This document shows positions 19,220 through 29,157 of a DNA stretch of 64,000 nucleotides, one piece after another. Numbering within the stretch: the stretch's first letter is position 1; the number at the start of each line of letters is the position of its first letter. The DNA comes from Nitrospirota bacterium (GTDB lineage: Bacteria; Nitrospirota; UBA9217). The notes under the pieces were generated by a model. That model was given only the letters and a program-made list of their open reading frames with translations. It was not told where the DNA came from and ran no database searches. The DNA lies in assembly GCA_035623825.1 (NCBI GenBank), contig DASPSR010000007.1, forward strand, positions 64,001 to 128,000, read 5' to 3'. The position numbers were made by a program, and so were the translations under genes.

Positions 19220-20662
19220 ATGAAAGTGAAACTGAGCATTCTCTTTCGGTTGTTTCTAGGATATTTTTTCTTGCTGGGCCTGGCAACGTGCCTGAGCGTC
19301 TACGTCATTGTTCAGCTCGGCCGCGTAATCGATGTCACCCGTTCCATCATCCTGGTGGACAATTCCCTTATGAGCCATCTTAAAGATCTGACCGATACCC
19401 TTCTTTCCGAAACGAGGTGCGAAAAAAAATATCTTATTGAACAGGATTCGTCGCTCTATGAAGGCTTTTTGAAATCAAAGGGAGAGTTCGAACATTACTT
19501 GAGTGAAGCACGCCTGCTGGATATTACAATCGAGGCACGGAATGTTTTGGACAACATAGCGGACTTTCATCTGACGTATGATGCACTGTTTCAAGAGGAG
19601 GCTGATTATCTGAAGGACGGTACAAACTACAACAAGGAATGGTATGCCAAAGAGAAGGAACGGGCAGTCAACGCCGCAATAGAAGAGTTAGTCAAGGTCA
19701 GGCTTTTGAGCCAGCAGGGCATCTTCTACAAAGTGAAAAATCTAAGCGAAGAGGGCACGAGGTCGCGGGCAATTTCCATTGCGGTGAGTGCGGCATTGCT
19801 TCTGGCCGGAATTCTCCTGGTAGTCTTGATAACTAGGAGTATTACGCAGCCTCTCGCGCTCATGCAGAAGAAGACGAGAGAAATCGCTGACGGCGTGTTC
19901 GAAGCGGACTTAAATCTCCCTTCCCCTCCGGAAATAGGGGAACTGGCACAGGCATTCAATATCATGTGCCGTAAGCTGAAAGAGGTGGACAAGACGAAGT
20001 CTGATTTTTTTGCTCTCATGTCCCATGAACTGCGAACGCCACTCACCGCCATCAATGAGGGGACCAACCTCTTCCTCGAAGGCAAGGGAGGGGAGGTTAC
20101 GGAAAAGCAAAAAAAGCTGCTTACCATCGTATCTGAGGAAAGCAACCGACTCATCGGGCTGGTCAACTCCGTTCTGGATTTGTCGAAGCTTGAATCGGGA
20201 ATGCTGAATTTCAATTTTGCCAGGGCCGACCTGTCTCCACTCATCGCGAGAGTGGTGGATGAAGTGGGGCCGCTGGCAGAAGCGAAACGAATCAGGATAA
20301 AACGCGAGATGTCAGATTTGCCGGCGCTGTCAATGGACACCGAAAGAATGCTTCAGGTACTGCGGAACCTTATGGGGAATGCGCTGAAATTCACGCCTCG
20401 CGGAGGAATGGTGGGTATTGCCGCTCGGCGTCTGGATAATGCAGTCATGGTTTCCGTTTCCGACACAGGGCCAGGTATTCCGAAGGAACATGAAGCGGTT
20501 ATTTTTGACAAGTTCCGGCAGGTCCCCGGTTCCACTAGGCTCCCCGGGACCGGTCTAGGCCTGGCTATCGTCAAACACATTATTCAGGCTCACGGAGGAA
20601 CGGTATGGGTAGAATGCGAAGCAGGTGGCGGCAGCACCTTCACTTTTCGGCTGCCTGCCTGA
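19220..20662 (+). CDS. HAMP-domain sensor histidine kinase (GlrK/QseE-like)
   Basis: Two TMs flanking a periplasmic domain, HAMP, SHELRTPL, NL..NALKF, DTGPGI, GTGLGL. Confidence 0.92.
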   Translation: MKVKLSILFRLFLGYFFLLGLATCLSVYVIVQLGRVIDVTRSIILVDNSLMSHLKDLTDTLLSETRCEKKYLIEQDSSLYEGFLKSKGEFEHYLSEARLLDITIEARNVLDNIADFHLTYDALFQEEADYLKDGTNYNKEWYAKEKERAVNAAIEELVKVRLLSQQGIFYKVKNLSEEGTRSRAISIAVSAALLLAGILLVVLITRSITQPLALMQKKTREIADGVFEADLNLPSPPEIGELAQAFNIMCRKLKEVDKTKSDFFALMSHELRTPLTAINEGTNLFLEGKGGEVTEKQKKLLTIVSEESNRLIGLVNSVLDLSKLESGMLNFNFARADLSPLIARVVDEVGPLAEAKRIRIKREMSDLPALSMDTERMLQVLRNLMGNALKFTPRGGMVGIAARRLDNAVMVSVSDTGPGIPKEHEAVIFDKFRQVPGSTRLPGTGLGLAIVKHIIQAHGGTVWVECEAGGGSTFTFRLPA

Positions 20663-21054
20663 TCCTTTTCATGGTCGTCACAGCCTGCGCTCCTCTCACG
20701 CAGACTTTCGCAGAACGCGAGGGTTGTTGCCATCTTACGCGCCTTAACAGCTTTATCAGCAGGGGAGATTTCGAGGGCGCGATGAAGCAGTGCCAGGATG
20801 TTCTGGCACGCTCGCCAAAAACTCCTCCGGGAGATGAGGCGCTCATGGACATGGGGCTCATCAGCGCCCATTACGCCAATCCGAAGAAGGATTATAGAAA
20901 AGCGCTGGGCTACTTCACGCGCGTCGATAAGGAATTTCCCCAGAGCCCTCTTGTGGAAGAGGCGAAGATATGGACGAGCGTGCTGCAGGCCTTCGAGAAG
21001 GCTAAGCAGGTGGATTTCGAGATCGAGGAAAAGAAGCAGGGCCTGGGAAAGTAG
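20605..21054 (+). CDS. TPR lipoprotein (QseG-like accessory)
   Basis: Lipobox VTAC; TPR-like helices; lies between kinase and regulator as qseG does. Confidence 0.75.
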   Translation: MGRMRSRWRQHLHFSAACLILFMVVTACAPLTQTFAEREGCCHLTRLNSFISRGDFEGAMKQCQDVLARSPKTPPGDEALMDMGLISAHYANPKKDYRKALGYFTRVDKEFPQSPLVEEAKIWTSVLQAFEKAKQVDFEIEEKKQGLGK

Positions 21055-21056
21055 GT

Positions 21057-22424
21057 ATGGCCGTGACGTCCGGAAAACTCTTGATCGTGGATGACGATCA
21101 TAACCTCCTGGAGCTGATGAAGATCAGGCTCGAATCATCGGGTTACGCCGTAACAACAGCGCACGATGAAGACGAGGCAAAAACGGCGACGGTCGGACAA
21201 GCATTTGACCTTGCGATTGTCGACCTTCAACTCGTCCACCAAGACGGGATCTCTCTCATGGAGGAGGTCCACCGTGTGAGCCCCGGAATGCCCGTCATCA
21301 TCCTTACCGCCCATGGCAGCATTGAGAGCGCCGTGGAGGCGATGAAGCGGGGAGCATTTACCTATCTCACGAAACCCTTCGATGCCCACGAGCTGATTCT
21401 GCACGTAGAGCATGCCATGGAAAACAGGAGGCTTGCTTCGGAGATTAATCGGCTGAAAGGCATTTTAGCCGAGCGGTTAGATTTTCGGAACATCGTTGCT
21501 CGAAGTGCAGCAATGCAGACAGTGCTAGAGGCAGTTTCCCGGATTGCGAAGACGGATTCGACCGTGTACGTCCAGGGAGAAAGCGGCACGGGCAAGGAAC
21601 TCATCGCACGGGCCATTCACCTTGCGAGCGATAGAAGAGACAAGCCCTTTGTGGCAATCAACTGTGCAGCCCTTCCCGAAACGCTGCTTGAGAGCGAACT
21701 ATTTGGCCATGAGAAGGGCGCGTTCACCGGGGCTGTGAAAAGTTCAAGGGGTCTCTTTGCCAAGGCCCATGAGGGCTCTATATTTCTTGACGAAATAGGC
21801 GACATGCCGCTTTCCACCCAGGCAAAATTTCTCCGCGTCCTTCAGGAGCGCCAGTTCTATCCCGTAGGGAGCGAACATTCGCTGGACGTGGACGTGCGCG
21901 TCATAGTGGCCACGAACAAAGATCTGGAAGAGCACGTCAAACAAGGGCTGTTCCGCGAGGACCTATATTACCGCATTCACGTTATTCCCATAGCCCTTCC
22001 GCCCCTTAGGGAGCGGAAGGAGGACATCCCCGTTCTGGTGGACCATTTCATGAAGCAGTTCTGTGGCCAGATGGATAAAAAGATAAAAGGCCTCACGCCT
22101 CTGGCGCTTCAGCGGCTGATGCTCCATAATTGGCCCGGAAACGTCCGCGAGCTCGAAAACACCATTGAGTATGCTGTAGCCATGACGAGGCAGGACGTTA
22201 TTACCGAGGACTTGATCCTTCCAGCGAAAAGCGCAACTGAAGAAACGATCAAGCCGCTGAAAGAAGCCAGAGAAACCTTCGAAAAAAGCTATCTCATCCG
22301 GGTTCTCGAACTGACCAGGGGAAACGTGAGTCGCGCCGCAACCTTGGCGGGGAAATACAGGGCTGATTTGTACAATCTCCTGAAAAAATATGTTATTAAT
22401 CCCGCTGATTTTAAAAAAGAGTGA
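21057..22424 (+). CDS. Sigma54-dependent response regulator (GlrR/QseF-like)
   Basis: Receiver domain, GESGTGKE, GAFTGA, FLDEIGDM, WPGNVREL, Fis-type HTH. Confidence 0.95.
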   Translation: MAVTSGKLLIVDDDHNLLELMKIRLESSGYAVTTAHDEDEAKTATVGQAFDLAIVDLQLVHQDGISLMEEVHRVSPGMPVIILTAHGSIESAVEAMKRGAFTYLTKPFDAHELILHVEHAMENRRLASEINRLKGILAERLDFRNIVARSAAMQTVLEAVSRIAKTDSTVYVQGESGTGKELIARAIHLASDRRDKPFVAINCAALPETLLESELFGHEKGAFTGAVKSSRGLFAKAHEGSIFLDEIGDMPLSTQAKFLRVLQERQFYPVGSEHSLDVDVRVIVATNKDLEEHVKQGLFREDLYYRIHVIPIALPPLRERKEDIPVLVDHFMKQFCGQMDKKIKGLTPLALQRLMLHNWPGNVRELENTIEYAVAMTRQDVITEDLILPAKSATEETIKPLKEARETFEKSYLIRVLELTRGNVSRAATLAGKYRADLYNLLKKYVINPADFKKE

Positions 22425-22506
22425 AAAACATGGAATCCGCCGTCTGTCCGTTTCCATCAGTACAAACGCCCCGAGTCCGAAAGGCCCGTGAACAAATAAT
22501 CCCATA

Positions 22507-22524
22507 TGTATGCATTTTCATACA
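22507..22524. promoter_or_regulatory. Candidate enhancer-binding-protein site (UAS)
   Basis: Palindrome TGTATG-N6-CATACA (TGT-N12-ACA). Confidence 0.55.
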
Positions 22525-22561
22525 GAGGCATAACCACGTGATTTCTTGCCTCTAATCTGTC

Positions 22562-22574
22562 AATCAAGTCATTA
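22562..22574 (+). promoter_or_regulatory. IHF binding site
   Basis: AATCAAgtcaTTA matches WATCAANNNNTTR. Confidence 0.55.
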
Positions 22575-22694
22575 TAGGCAGTATTTACTGCAGAGGATTC
22601 CATACGCTTTTGACCAACCAGCCATGAGCGTCAAAGCACGTGCGAGTGAAAATTGCACCAAGAAATCAATACGATTGCACTATCAGTACATCCA

Positions 22695-22710
22695 CGGCAT
22701 TTGATTTGCT
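22695..22710 (+). promoter_or_regulatory. Sigma54 -24/-12 promoter
   Basis: CGGCATTTGATTTGCT = GG-N10-GC with TTGC. Confidence 0.75.
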
Positions 22711-22839
22711 TTATATGACATCAGGGCGGGACAAAAAAGGAGATTCACGCACTGCAAAAAAAGATGAGTGTGGCATCGCTGTTATCTTCTATTGAATGCC
22801 CTTTTCAGGATTAGAGAAAAAAAGAGGGAGGAATCGAAC

Positions 22840-23079
22840 ATGTCTGTCAATTTTTTCCCAAACAGAAAAGAGATGTTGAAGGAAATAGAACGGTGTACAG
22901 CCGAGAGCAAACTGGATATGTTGCTGAGTTTATGTACGTGTTGTTTGTATAGCAGCTACGATGAAGGGCCCTTGGTGTCCCAGTGCCTCAAGTGCAGTGT
23001 ACAGCAGGGGATAATGAAAATATCGGATAAGAGAACGCCCTCAGGGACCCCTCATCTCGAGTTTCTGAGAGTAAGTTGA
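22840..23079 (+). CDS. 79-aa Cys-rich hypothetical protein
   Basis: GGAGG SD; CTCC...CLKC cluster. Confidence 0.7.
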   Translation: MSVNFFPNRKEMLKEIERCTAESKLDMLLSLCTCCLYSSYDEGPLVSQCLKCSVQQGIMKISDKRTPSGTPHLEFLRVS

Positions 23080-23216
23080 TGGTTGGGGGTGCATGAGGAT
23101 TTCAACGGGGTGCGGCATGTTCACTCTACGCACCATACTTAACATGACCACCGTTGTGCAAGAAGAGCCGGTATGAGATTCGCGAATCTCTGTAATAATC
23201 ATGCAACGAAAGGAGC

Positions 23217-23585
23217 GTGGAGATGCAGCAACTTATTAGACATTTCTTGATTCCGCTGCTTGCCACCACGATGTGTGTAGTGGTCTTCGAAGGATTGTCC
23301 CGGGCCTCCCTGCCGGGAGGAGGGGAACAGAAGCCTTCGCTCCTTGAAGACACACGGCTGTCGCCGGCACATAAGGATTATGATGTGAACAAGATCATCA
23401 ATGTCCTTGAGAGCAGGATTAAGAATCATAATCTGCCGGAAAAGGCAAAAAACAAACTCGCCGCTATGAAAGATGAAGATGTCCAGATCTTAAAATCCCT
23501 TTGTGACCGGATGTCCGAGACGGGTGATACGGCGATTGCAGATTTTGCCCTCCTGCTTGCCGCCGCTGTCATCGTGATATCATAA
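23217..23585 (+). CDS. Exported/membrane-anchored hypothetical protein (PA2779-like architecture)
   Basis: N-terminal signal, helical middle, hydrophobic C-terminal tail DFALLLAAAVIVIS. Confidence 0.65.
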   Translation: MEMQQLIRHFLIPLLATTMCVVVFEGLSRASLPGGGEQKPSLLEDTRLSPAHKDYDVNKIINVLESRIKNHNLPEKAKNKLAAMKDEDVQILKSLCDRMSETGDTAIADFALLLAAAVIVIS

Positions 23586-23641
23586 GAAAGCATTCGATTA
23601 ATTGTGGGCGATTATTGCACATCTCACGAGAAGGAGCGACC

Positions 23642-24508
23642 ATGAAGAGAAGCGTAGCTAACATTTTATATCATGTAAGTGTCGTTATTCTGAGCGCTGG
23701 CATTGCACTCTCACTTCCCAATACCATTAAGTATCTGGCACAGAAAGTTCTGATGTACTGGTCTCTTCTGGAAAACGAGGAGATCTTCCTGATCGTCACG
23801 GAAGTAGCGGCTGCAATAATCCTGATCTTTCTAGTGAATGTTGTCGTAAGAGATTGGAGACTCAGGAAACTCGCGCGGCTTGCTAAGGATGCCGGCTTGG
23901 CAGGTGTTGCCCCTGCCACGGCGCTCATTACGAGGAGACGGTTGAAGAAGAAGAAGGAAGAGCAGGGATTCGGACGAAACGTCATGATTATCAATTCAAC
24001 GGGTTTTCAGACGTTCACCGACTCTGAGGGCGATCTGCATCAGGTCCTGCGAAATTGCCGTGAGGCGAAGATAATGCTCCTTAATCCGCTGATGGATGGC
24101 GTAACCGCCCGCGCGAAAAGCCTTTCCGACCCGGATACAACCCCTGAAATATTTCGAGAGAAGATCATACGAAGCATCGATTTTCTAAAAGGCCTCAAAG
24201 TGCTTCAGAAAAACGTCAGACTGAAGCTCTACGGGAACGCACCCCTTCTCAAGCTGGCCATACTCGGAGATTATCTGTGTTTACAGCATTATCCGATGGG
24301 CTTGAATGCGCGGAATATGCCCGAATATGTGTTCAAACATGACCAGCACGGCGGTCTCTTCAATCTCTTTTATCAATATTTCGTGAGCCAGTGGTTCGAT
24401 TTGAAGATACCGGAATACGATCTCGACACCGATGAGCTTATTTATAGAGACAAGGCAGGCAACGAGGTGAGACGGGAAAAGTTCAATGAAGTTGTTATGG
24501 AGTCTTGA
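23642..24508 (+). CDS. 2-TM protein with cytoplasmic DUF5919/PLD-fold-like domain
   Basis: AAGGAG SD; two TMs, then TG..TF, KIMLLNP, VRLKLY..P, F...F...W pattern; no HKD motif. Confidence 0.7.
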   Translation: MKRSVANILYHVSVVILSAGIALSLPNTIKYLAQKVLMYWSLLENEEIFLIVTEVAAAIILIFLVNVVVRDWRLRKLARLAKDAGLAGVAPATALITRRRLKKKKEEQGFGRNVMIINSTGFQTFTDSEGDLHQVLRNCREAKIMLLNPLMDGVTARAKSLSDPDTTPEIFREKIIRSIDFLKGLKVLQKNVRLKLYGNAPLLKLAILGDYLCLQHYPMGLNARNMPEYVFKHDQHGGLFNLFYQYFVSQWFDLKIPEYDLDTDELIYRDKAGNEVRREKFNEVVMES

Positions 24509-24549
24509 CTTTCGTATCAGTACTTCTGACCATACTCAGCCCCCCCCAC

Positions 24550-24595
24550 AGGGCGTCCTGACGGTCATTGAGCGGCAATCAGGATGCCCTTTCTT
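24550..24595 (+). terminator. Hairpin terminator ending the sigma54-driven unit
   Basis: AGGGCGTCCTGA...TCAGGATGCCCT followed by TTCTT. Confidence 0.65.
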
Positions 24596-24691
24596 CGTTG
24601 TGTCACTAACAGAAGCTTATTACGGCGTCTGATAGGATCATGCAATAAACGCGATAAAGTCCCGGATAAAATCCAGTCCCGGAGAAAATCC

Positions 24692-24720
24692 TTGACAATA
24701 ACGGGCTTATCTTATATATT
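24692..24720 (+). promoter_or_regulatory. Sigma70 promoter of the ffh operon
   Basis: TTGACA-17-TATATT. Confidence 0.75.
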
Positions 24721-24749
24721 TTATATTCTTTTCCGAGCGGGTGCTTTCT

Positions 24750-26084
24750 ATGTTTGATTCCCTGACGGGTAAATTAGAGGCCGTATTCAAGAAGCTTCGG
24801 GGCAGGGGTGTTCTCAAAGAGGATGACGTCAAAGAAGCCATGCGCGAGGTGCGTCTGGCGCTCCTCGAGGCTGATGTAAACTTCAAAGTCGTCAAGAACT
24901 TCATCGACCGTGTCCAGGAACGGGCAGTCGGGCAGGAAATCCTCGGCAGTCTTACGCCGGGTCAGCAGGTTGTCAAGATCGTCCACGAAGAGCTTGTAGC
25001 CTTGCTCGGTGGTGCGCAGGCAAAGCTCCATCTGGTGCCGAATCCCCCAACCATTATTATGATGGTCGGATTGCAGGGTTCTGGTAAAACGACCACTGCA
25101 GGTAAACTGGCAAAGAACTTCAAGAAAGATGGCCGACGCGTTATGCTTGTCCCGGCAGACACGCGAAGGCCGGCAGCGGTCCAACAGCTCATGACCTTGG
25201 CAAAACAGGTTGGCGTCGATGCCTACCCTTCGGACAGGCAAGATCCGGTAATCATCTGTCGCGAAGCAGTGAAGCAGGCGGCCTCTTCACTGTACGAGGT
25301 CGTAATCCTCGATACGGCGGGGCGGCTCCAGATCGATGAGCCTCTCATGGAAGAGCTCCGGCAGATCAAGACGGAGGTCAAGCCGCACGAGACGCTGTTC
25401 GTGGCCGACGCCATGACCGGCCAGGAAGCCGTGAATATCGCGGCGAAGTTCAACACTGACCTCGGATTCGACGGCGTTGTCCTGACCAAGCTTGACGGCG
25501 ACGCGCGGGGCGGGGCGGCGCTTTCGGTCAGGGCCGTCACGGGCAAGCCGCTCAAGTTCGTCGGCATGGGTGAGAAGCTCGACGCCCTCGAGCCGTTCCA
25601 TCCGGATCGTATGGCCTCTCGCATCCTCGGCATGGGCGATGTCATGTCGCTCATCGAGAAGGCGCAGGAAACGGTTTCCCAGGAGGAGGCGCTTAAGCTT
25701 GCGAAGAAGCTCAAGAAAAACTCTTTCGACCTCGACGACTTCCGAAGCCAGCTGAAACAGGTAAAAAAGCTCGGAGGACTTGAGCAGATCATGGGCATGA
25801 TTCCTGGGATGGGCAAGATGAAGATACTGGAAGCGCAGGTGAACGAGAGGGAACTGACGAAAATAGATGCCATCATCAGTTCCATGACCCCCAAGGAGCG
25901 GGCCGATTATACCGTCATCAATGGGAGCCGCAGGTCCCGCATCGCCAGGGGCAGTGGCACCCAGGTCCAGGACGTGAACCGCCTGCTCAAACAGTTCGCC
26001 GAGATGCTTAAGATGATAAAGGCCATGTCGGGCGGTAAGATGGGAAAGATGGGCAGAATGTTCGGCGGCAGGATGCCGTTTTAA
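24750..26084 (+). CDS. ffh: Signal recognition particle protein
   Basis: ALLEADV, GLQGSGKTT, DTAGR, TKLDGDARGG, Met-rich M domain. Confidence 0.98.
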   Translation: MFDSLTGKLEAVFKKLRGRGVLKEDDVKEAMREVRLALLEADVNFKVVKNFIDRVQERAVGQEILGSLTPGQQVVKIVHEELVALLGGAQAKLHLVPNPPTIIMMVGLQGSGKTTTAGKLAKNFKKDGRRVMLVPADTRRPAAVQQLMTLAKQVGVDAYPSDRQDPVIICREAVKQAASSLYEVVILDTAGRLQIDEPLMEELRQIKTEVKPHETLFVADAMTGQEAVNIAAKFNTDLGFDGVVLTKLDGDARGGAALSVRAVTGKPLKFVGMGEKLDALEPFHPDRMASRILGMGDVMSLIEKAQETVSQEEALKLAKKLKKNSFDLDDFRSQLKQVKKLGGLEQIMGMIPGMGKMKILEAQVNERELTKIDAIISSMTPKERADYTVINGSRRSRIARGSGTQVQDVNRLLKQFAEMLKMIKAMSGGKMGKMGRMFGGRMPF

Positions 26085-26203
26085 ATTTGTCACTAGGCAC
26101 AAAGACCCTGAGGCAAATAAATACATTCCTGACAGTATCTCTCAGATCTATTTAGTGCCTTCGTGGTCAAGATTCGTGATTATCAGAAGAAAGAGGTGAA
26201 ACA

Positions 26204-26467
26204 ATGTCAGTAAGGATCAGGCTGAAACGGATGGGGACCCACAAGAAACCCTACTATCGGCTCGTCGTGGCGGATTCCCGGTCGCCAAGGGATGGTCGCT
26301 TTATCGAAATGGTCGGCACCTACGACCCGCTCAAGAAGCCGGCGGAGATCAAGGTCGACCAGACCAAGACGATCGACTGGCTCAAGAAGGGTGCGATCCC
26401 TTCCAATACAGTTAAGGCCCTGCTCTCCAAAGTAGGGGTCATGAAGCAGTTCGCAGAGGCTAAATAA
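26204..26467 (+). CDS. rpsP: 30S ribosomal protein S16
   Basis: [30 protein letters not shown]. Confidence 0.98.
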   Translation: MSVRIRLKRMGTHKKPYYRLVVADSRSPRDGRFIEMVGTYDPLKKPAEIKVDQTKTIDWLKKGAIPSNTVKALLSKVGVMKQFAEAK

Positions 26468-26517
26468 ATAGACAGCTTGCACGTCTGCCAGATTTCAAGA
26501 TTGCAAGCCTCGGGACC

Positions 26518-27021
26518 ATGCTCATCACCATCGGCAAAGCGGTAAGGCCTTTTGGAGTCAGGGGCGAGATGAAGATCGAGCCCATGACGGACTTCCTGGA
26601 GAGATTTAAGGGACTCCGCCGCGTATACTTGGTCTCGCCCGCGGGAAAAGAGATCGCATGCGAGGTGCGGTCGGTACGATATGCCGGGGACATCCCGTTG
26701 ATTCTTTTTACTGGATATGATTCTCCAGAGAAGGCTAAGACGCTCAACGGGTGGCTCGTCAAAGTACCGGAAGAAGAGACGGTCCCGCTCCCGGAAGGCA
26801 CTTACTACTGGTTCGAGCTCATCGGCATGGAGGTTATTTCCGAAAGCGGTGACAAGCTTGGTAAAATCGTTGATATCTTCAGAACGGGCAGCAACGACGT
26901 CTATGTGATGAAGCAGGGCAGGAAAGAAACATACATGCCTGCCACGGCAGAGGTGGTAAAGAAGATCGACCGTAAGGAAAAGCGGATGGTTATCCATCTC
27001 CTGGACGGCCTGATGGACTGA
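26518..27021 (+). CDS. rimM: Ribosome maturation factor RimM
   Basis: G...RPFGVRGE, YY..ELIG, G.NDVYV; operon position. Confidence 0.95.
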   Translation: MLITIGKAVRPFGVRGEMKIEPMTDFLERFKGLRRVYLVSPAGKEIACEVRSVRYAGDIPLILFTGYDSPEKAKTLNGWLVKVPEEETVPLPEGTYYWFELIGMEVISESGDKLGKIVDIFRTGSNDVYVMKQGRKETYMPATAEVVKKIDRKEKRMVIHLLDGLMD

Positions 27022-27049
27022 ATCAAGGGGACTAGGCAAGGCAGCCGCT

Positions 27050-27805
27050 ATGCGAAGATTGAACTTTGAGGTGCTCACCCTGTTCCCGGGGATACTCGAG
27101 GGGCCGCTGAACGAGAGCATCCTCAAGCGTGGCAGGGAGAAGGGTCTACTGAACATAACGGTACGGAACATCCGGGATTACGCCGAGGATAAACACAAGA
27201 CCGCCGATGACAGCCCTTACGGCGGCGGTGCGGGCATGGTGCTCAAGCCAGAGCCTATTTTCGCAGCCTTTGAGGCTCTCAAGAGCGAGTATCGTGGAGA
27301 AGAATTCATAACGATCCTGCTCTCACCGCAGGGCAGGCTCTTTAATCAGAATCGGGCGGAAGAGCTCTCCAGAGAGAGGCGGAGGATCATTCTGCTCTGC
27401 GGCCACTATGAGTCAGTCGATGAACGCGTGATCGACGCCCTCATTGATGAGGAACTCTCGATCGGCGATTACGTGCTCACCGGCGGCGAGATCGCGGCGC
27501 TCGCGGTGATCGATGCGTCGGCGCGCCTCCTGCCGGGAGTACTCGGCGACGAAGAGTCAGCCTGCCGCGACTCCTTCGTCGAAGGGCTGCTTGATCATCC
27601 GCATTATACGAGGCCAGCTGAATTCCGCGGCATGAAGGTTCCGGACGTGCTTCTCTCTGGCAACCACGCCGAAATCAACAAGTGGCGACGGCGCGAGGCT
27701 CTCAAGGCTACGCTAATGAAGAGACCTGATCTTCTCGCGATGGCAGATCTGGCATATGAGGACCGCGAGATACTGAAAGAACTGAAGAGAGAGCTTGCTC
27801 TCTGA
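27050..27805 (+). CDS. trmD: tRNA (guanine-N1)-methyltransferase
   Basis: TLFP, DD.PYGGGAGM, SIGDYVLTGGE, P.YTRP, LLSGNH. Confidence 0.98.
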   Translation: MRRLNFEVLTLFPGILEGPLNESILKRGREKGLLNITVRNIRDYAEDKHKTADDSPYGGGAGMVLKPEPIFAAFEALKSEYRGEEFITILLSPQGRLFNQNRAEELSRERRRIILLCGHYESVDERVIDALIDEELSIGDYVLTGGEIAALAVIDASARLLPGVLGDEESACRDSFVEGLLDHPHYTRPAEFRGMKVPDVLLSGNHAEINKWRRREALKATLMKRPDLLAMADLAYEDREILKELKRELAL

Positions 27806-27938
27806 TGGGTGAAGTACCAATGGCGGAGTACGGAATTACCAATTAAGCCCCAATGATCCGGATCGGAATTCGGCATCTGGGATCATGTGTAACTATAGCT
27901 GTTGAATTTGGAATTTACACAATGCTGGGAGGTCAGCC

Positions 27939-28337
27939 ATGGACATTATACAGTCGTTGGAAAAGGCGCAGTTGAAAGAAGGAATTCCGAGTTTCCGCGT
28001 GGGTGACACCATCCGCGTTCATGCGAAAGTCGTCGAAGGAGATAAGGAAAGAATCCAGGTCTACGAGGGTGTGGTGATAGGCCGCCAGGGTGCTGGCGCG
28101 CGCGAGGTCATCCGGGTCCGGAAGCTGTCCTACGGCGTAGGTGTCGAGCGGCTTTTTCCGCTCCATTCGCCCATGATCGACAAGATCGAGCTTGCGAAGC
28201 AGGGCAAAGTTAGGAGAGCAAAGCTCTACTTCCTCCGTGATCTGCGCGGCAAGGCCGCCAGGATCAAAGAGAAAGAACGCGCCCTGGCGACCGCAGCCGG
28301 TGCAACGCAGCCGGATGCGGCTTCTCAACAGAAGTAA
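27939..28337 (+). CDS. rplS: 50S ribosomal protein L19
   Basis: F.VGDT..V, EG.KERIQ.YEG, GVERLFP, VRRAKLY.LR. Confidence 0.98.
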   Translation: MDIIQSLEKAQLKEGIPSFRVGDTIRVHAKVVEGDKERIQVYEGVVIGRQGAGAREVIRVRKLSYGVGVERLFPLHSPMIDKIELAKQGKVRRAKLYFLRDLRGKAARIKEKERALATAAGATQPDAASQQK

Positions 28338-28463
28338 GGGCAAATACGAATTTCAAAACACCGGCAAAGTGCGAACATCACTGTAACAAACATTACAGTG
28401 GTTATGGCTGCTTATCTGAAGTTCGGGCTTTCTAAGTTGAAACCATCGTTCATTGAGGTTGTT

Positions 28464-29156
28464 ATGCCTCGAGGCCGGCCCCACGGGGGGAACTCGCATC
28501 AGGACCGGATTGATGATCTGTTCGGCAATGAACTGGTATGCGATCCTCTATTCTTCGAGGTCCGTGCACGCGCTTCCGGTTTTACCTGCATCGCCGGGCT
28601 GGACGAGGCTGGAAGGGGGCCGCTGGCCGGACCCGTAGTGGCAGCTGCCGTGGTTCTCCCCGTTGGGCTCCTTATACCTGGCCTCAAAGATTCCAAGCAG
28701 GTGCCGGAACAAGATCGGGAACGACTCTTTGATAAGATACGAGAGCAGGCAACCTGTTACAGCATCGGCATCGTTGACGAGCGGACCATTGATGACGTGA
28801 ACATCCTCCGTGCGACTATCATCGCTATGGAACGGGCGCTTGAAACCCTCGCCCTTCGACCCGATTATCTTCTTATTGACGCACTTATCCTTCCTCGCGT
28901 GCCGCTTCCGCAGAAACCGCTCATAAAAGGCGATTGCCGCAGCCACAGTATTGCGGCAGCTTCAATCCTCGCCAAGGTGACCCGTGACCGGCTAATGCTG
29001 GAACTTCACGAAAAATTCCCTCAGTACAACTTCCAGAAAAATAAAGGTTACGGGACCAGGGAGCACATGGAACTGCTCAGACGGCACGGCCCCTGCGATG
29101 CGCACCGCAAGAGCTTCAATCCCGTTGCGCAGATGCTGCGAGGTGAAGCCCGCTGA
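28464..29156 (+). CDS. rnhB: Ribonuclease HII
   Basis: GLDEAGRGPLAGPV, DSK, IAAASILAKV.RD, KGYGT..H. Confidence 0.96.
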   Translation: MPRGRPHGGNSHQDRIDDLFGNELVCDPLFFEVRARASGFTCIAGLDEAGRGPLAGPVVAAAVVLPVGLLIPGLKDSKQVPEQDRERLFDKIREQATCYSIGIVDERTIDDVNILRATIIAMERALETLALRPDYLLIDALILPRVPLPQKPLIKGDCRSHSIAAASILAKVTRDRLMLELHEKFPQYNFQKNKGYGTREHMELLRRHGPCDAHRKSFNPVAQMLRGEAR

Positions 29157-29157
29157 G

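Noticed and set aside
25287-27171. Long antisense ORFs (for example 25287-26126 and 26320-27171, and similar ones over rplY, ychF, sdhA)
   Set aside because: Shadow frames of highly conserved genes caused by codon bias.
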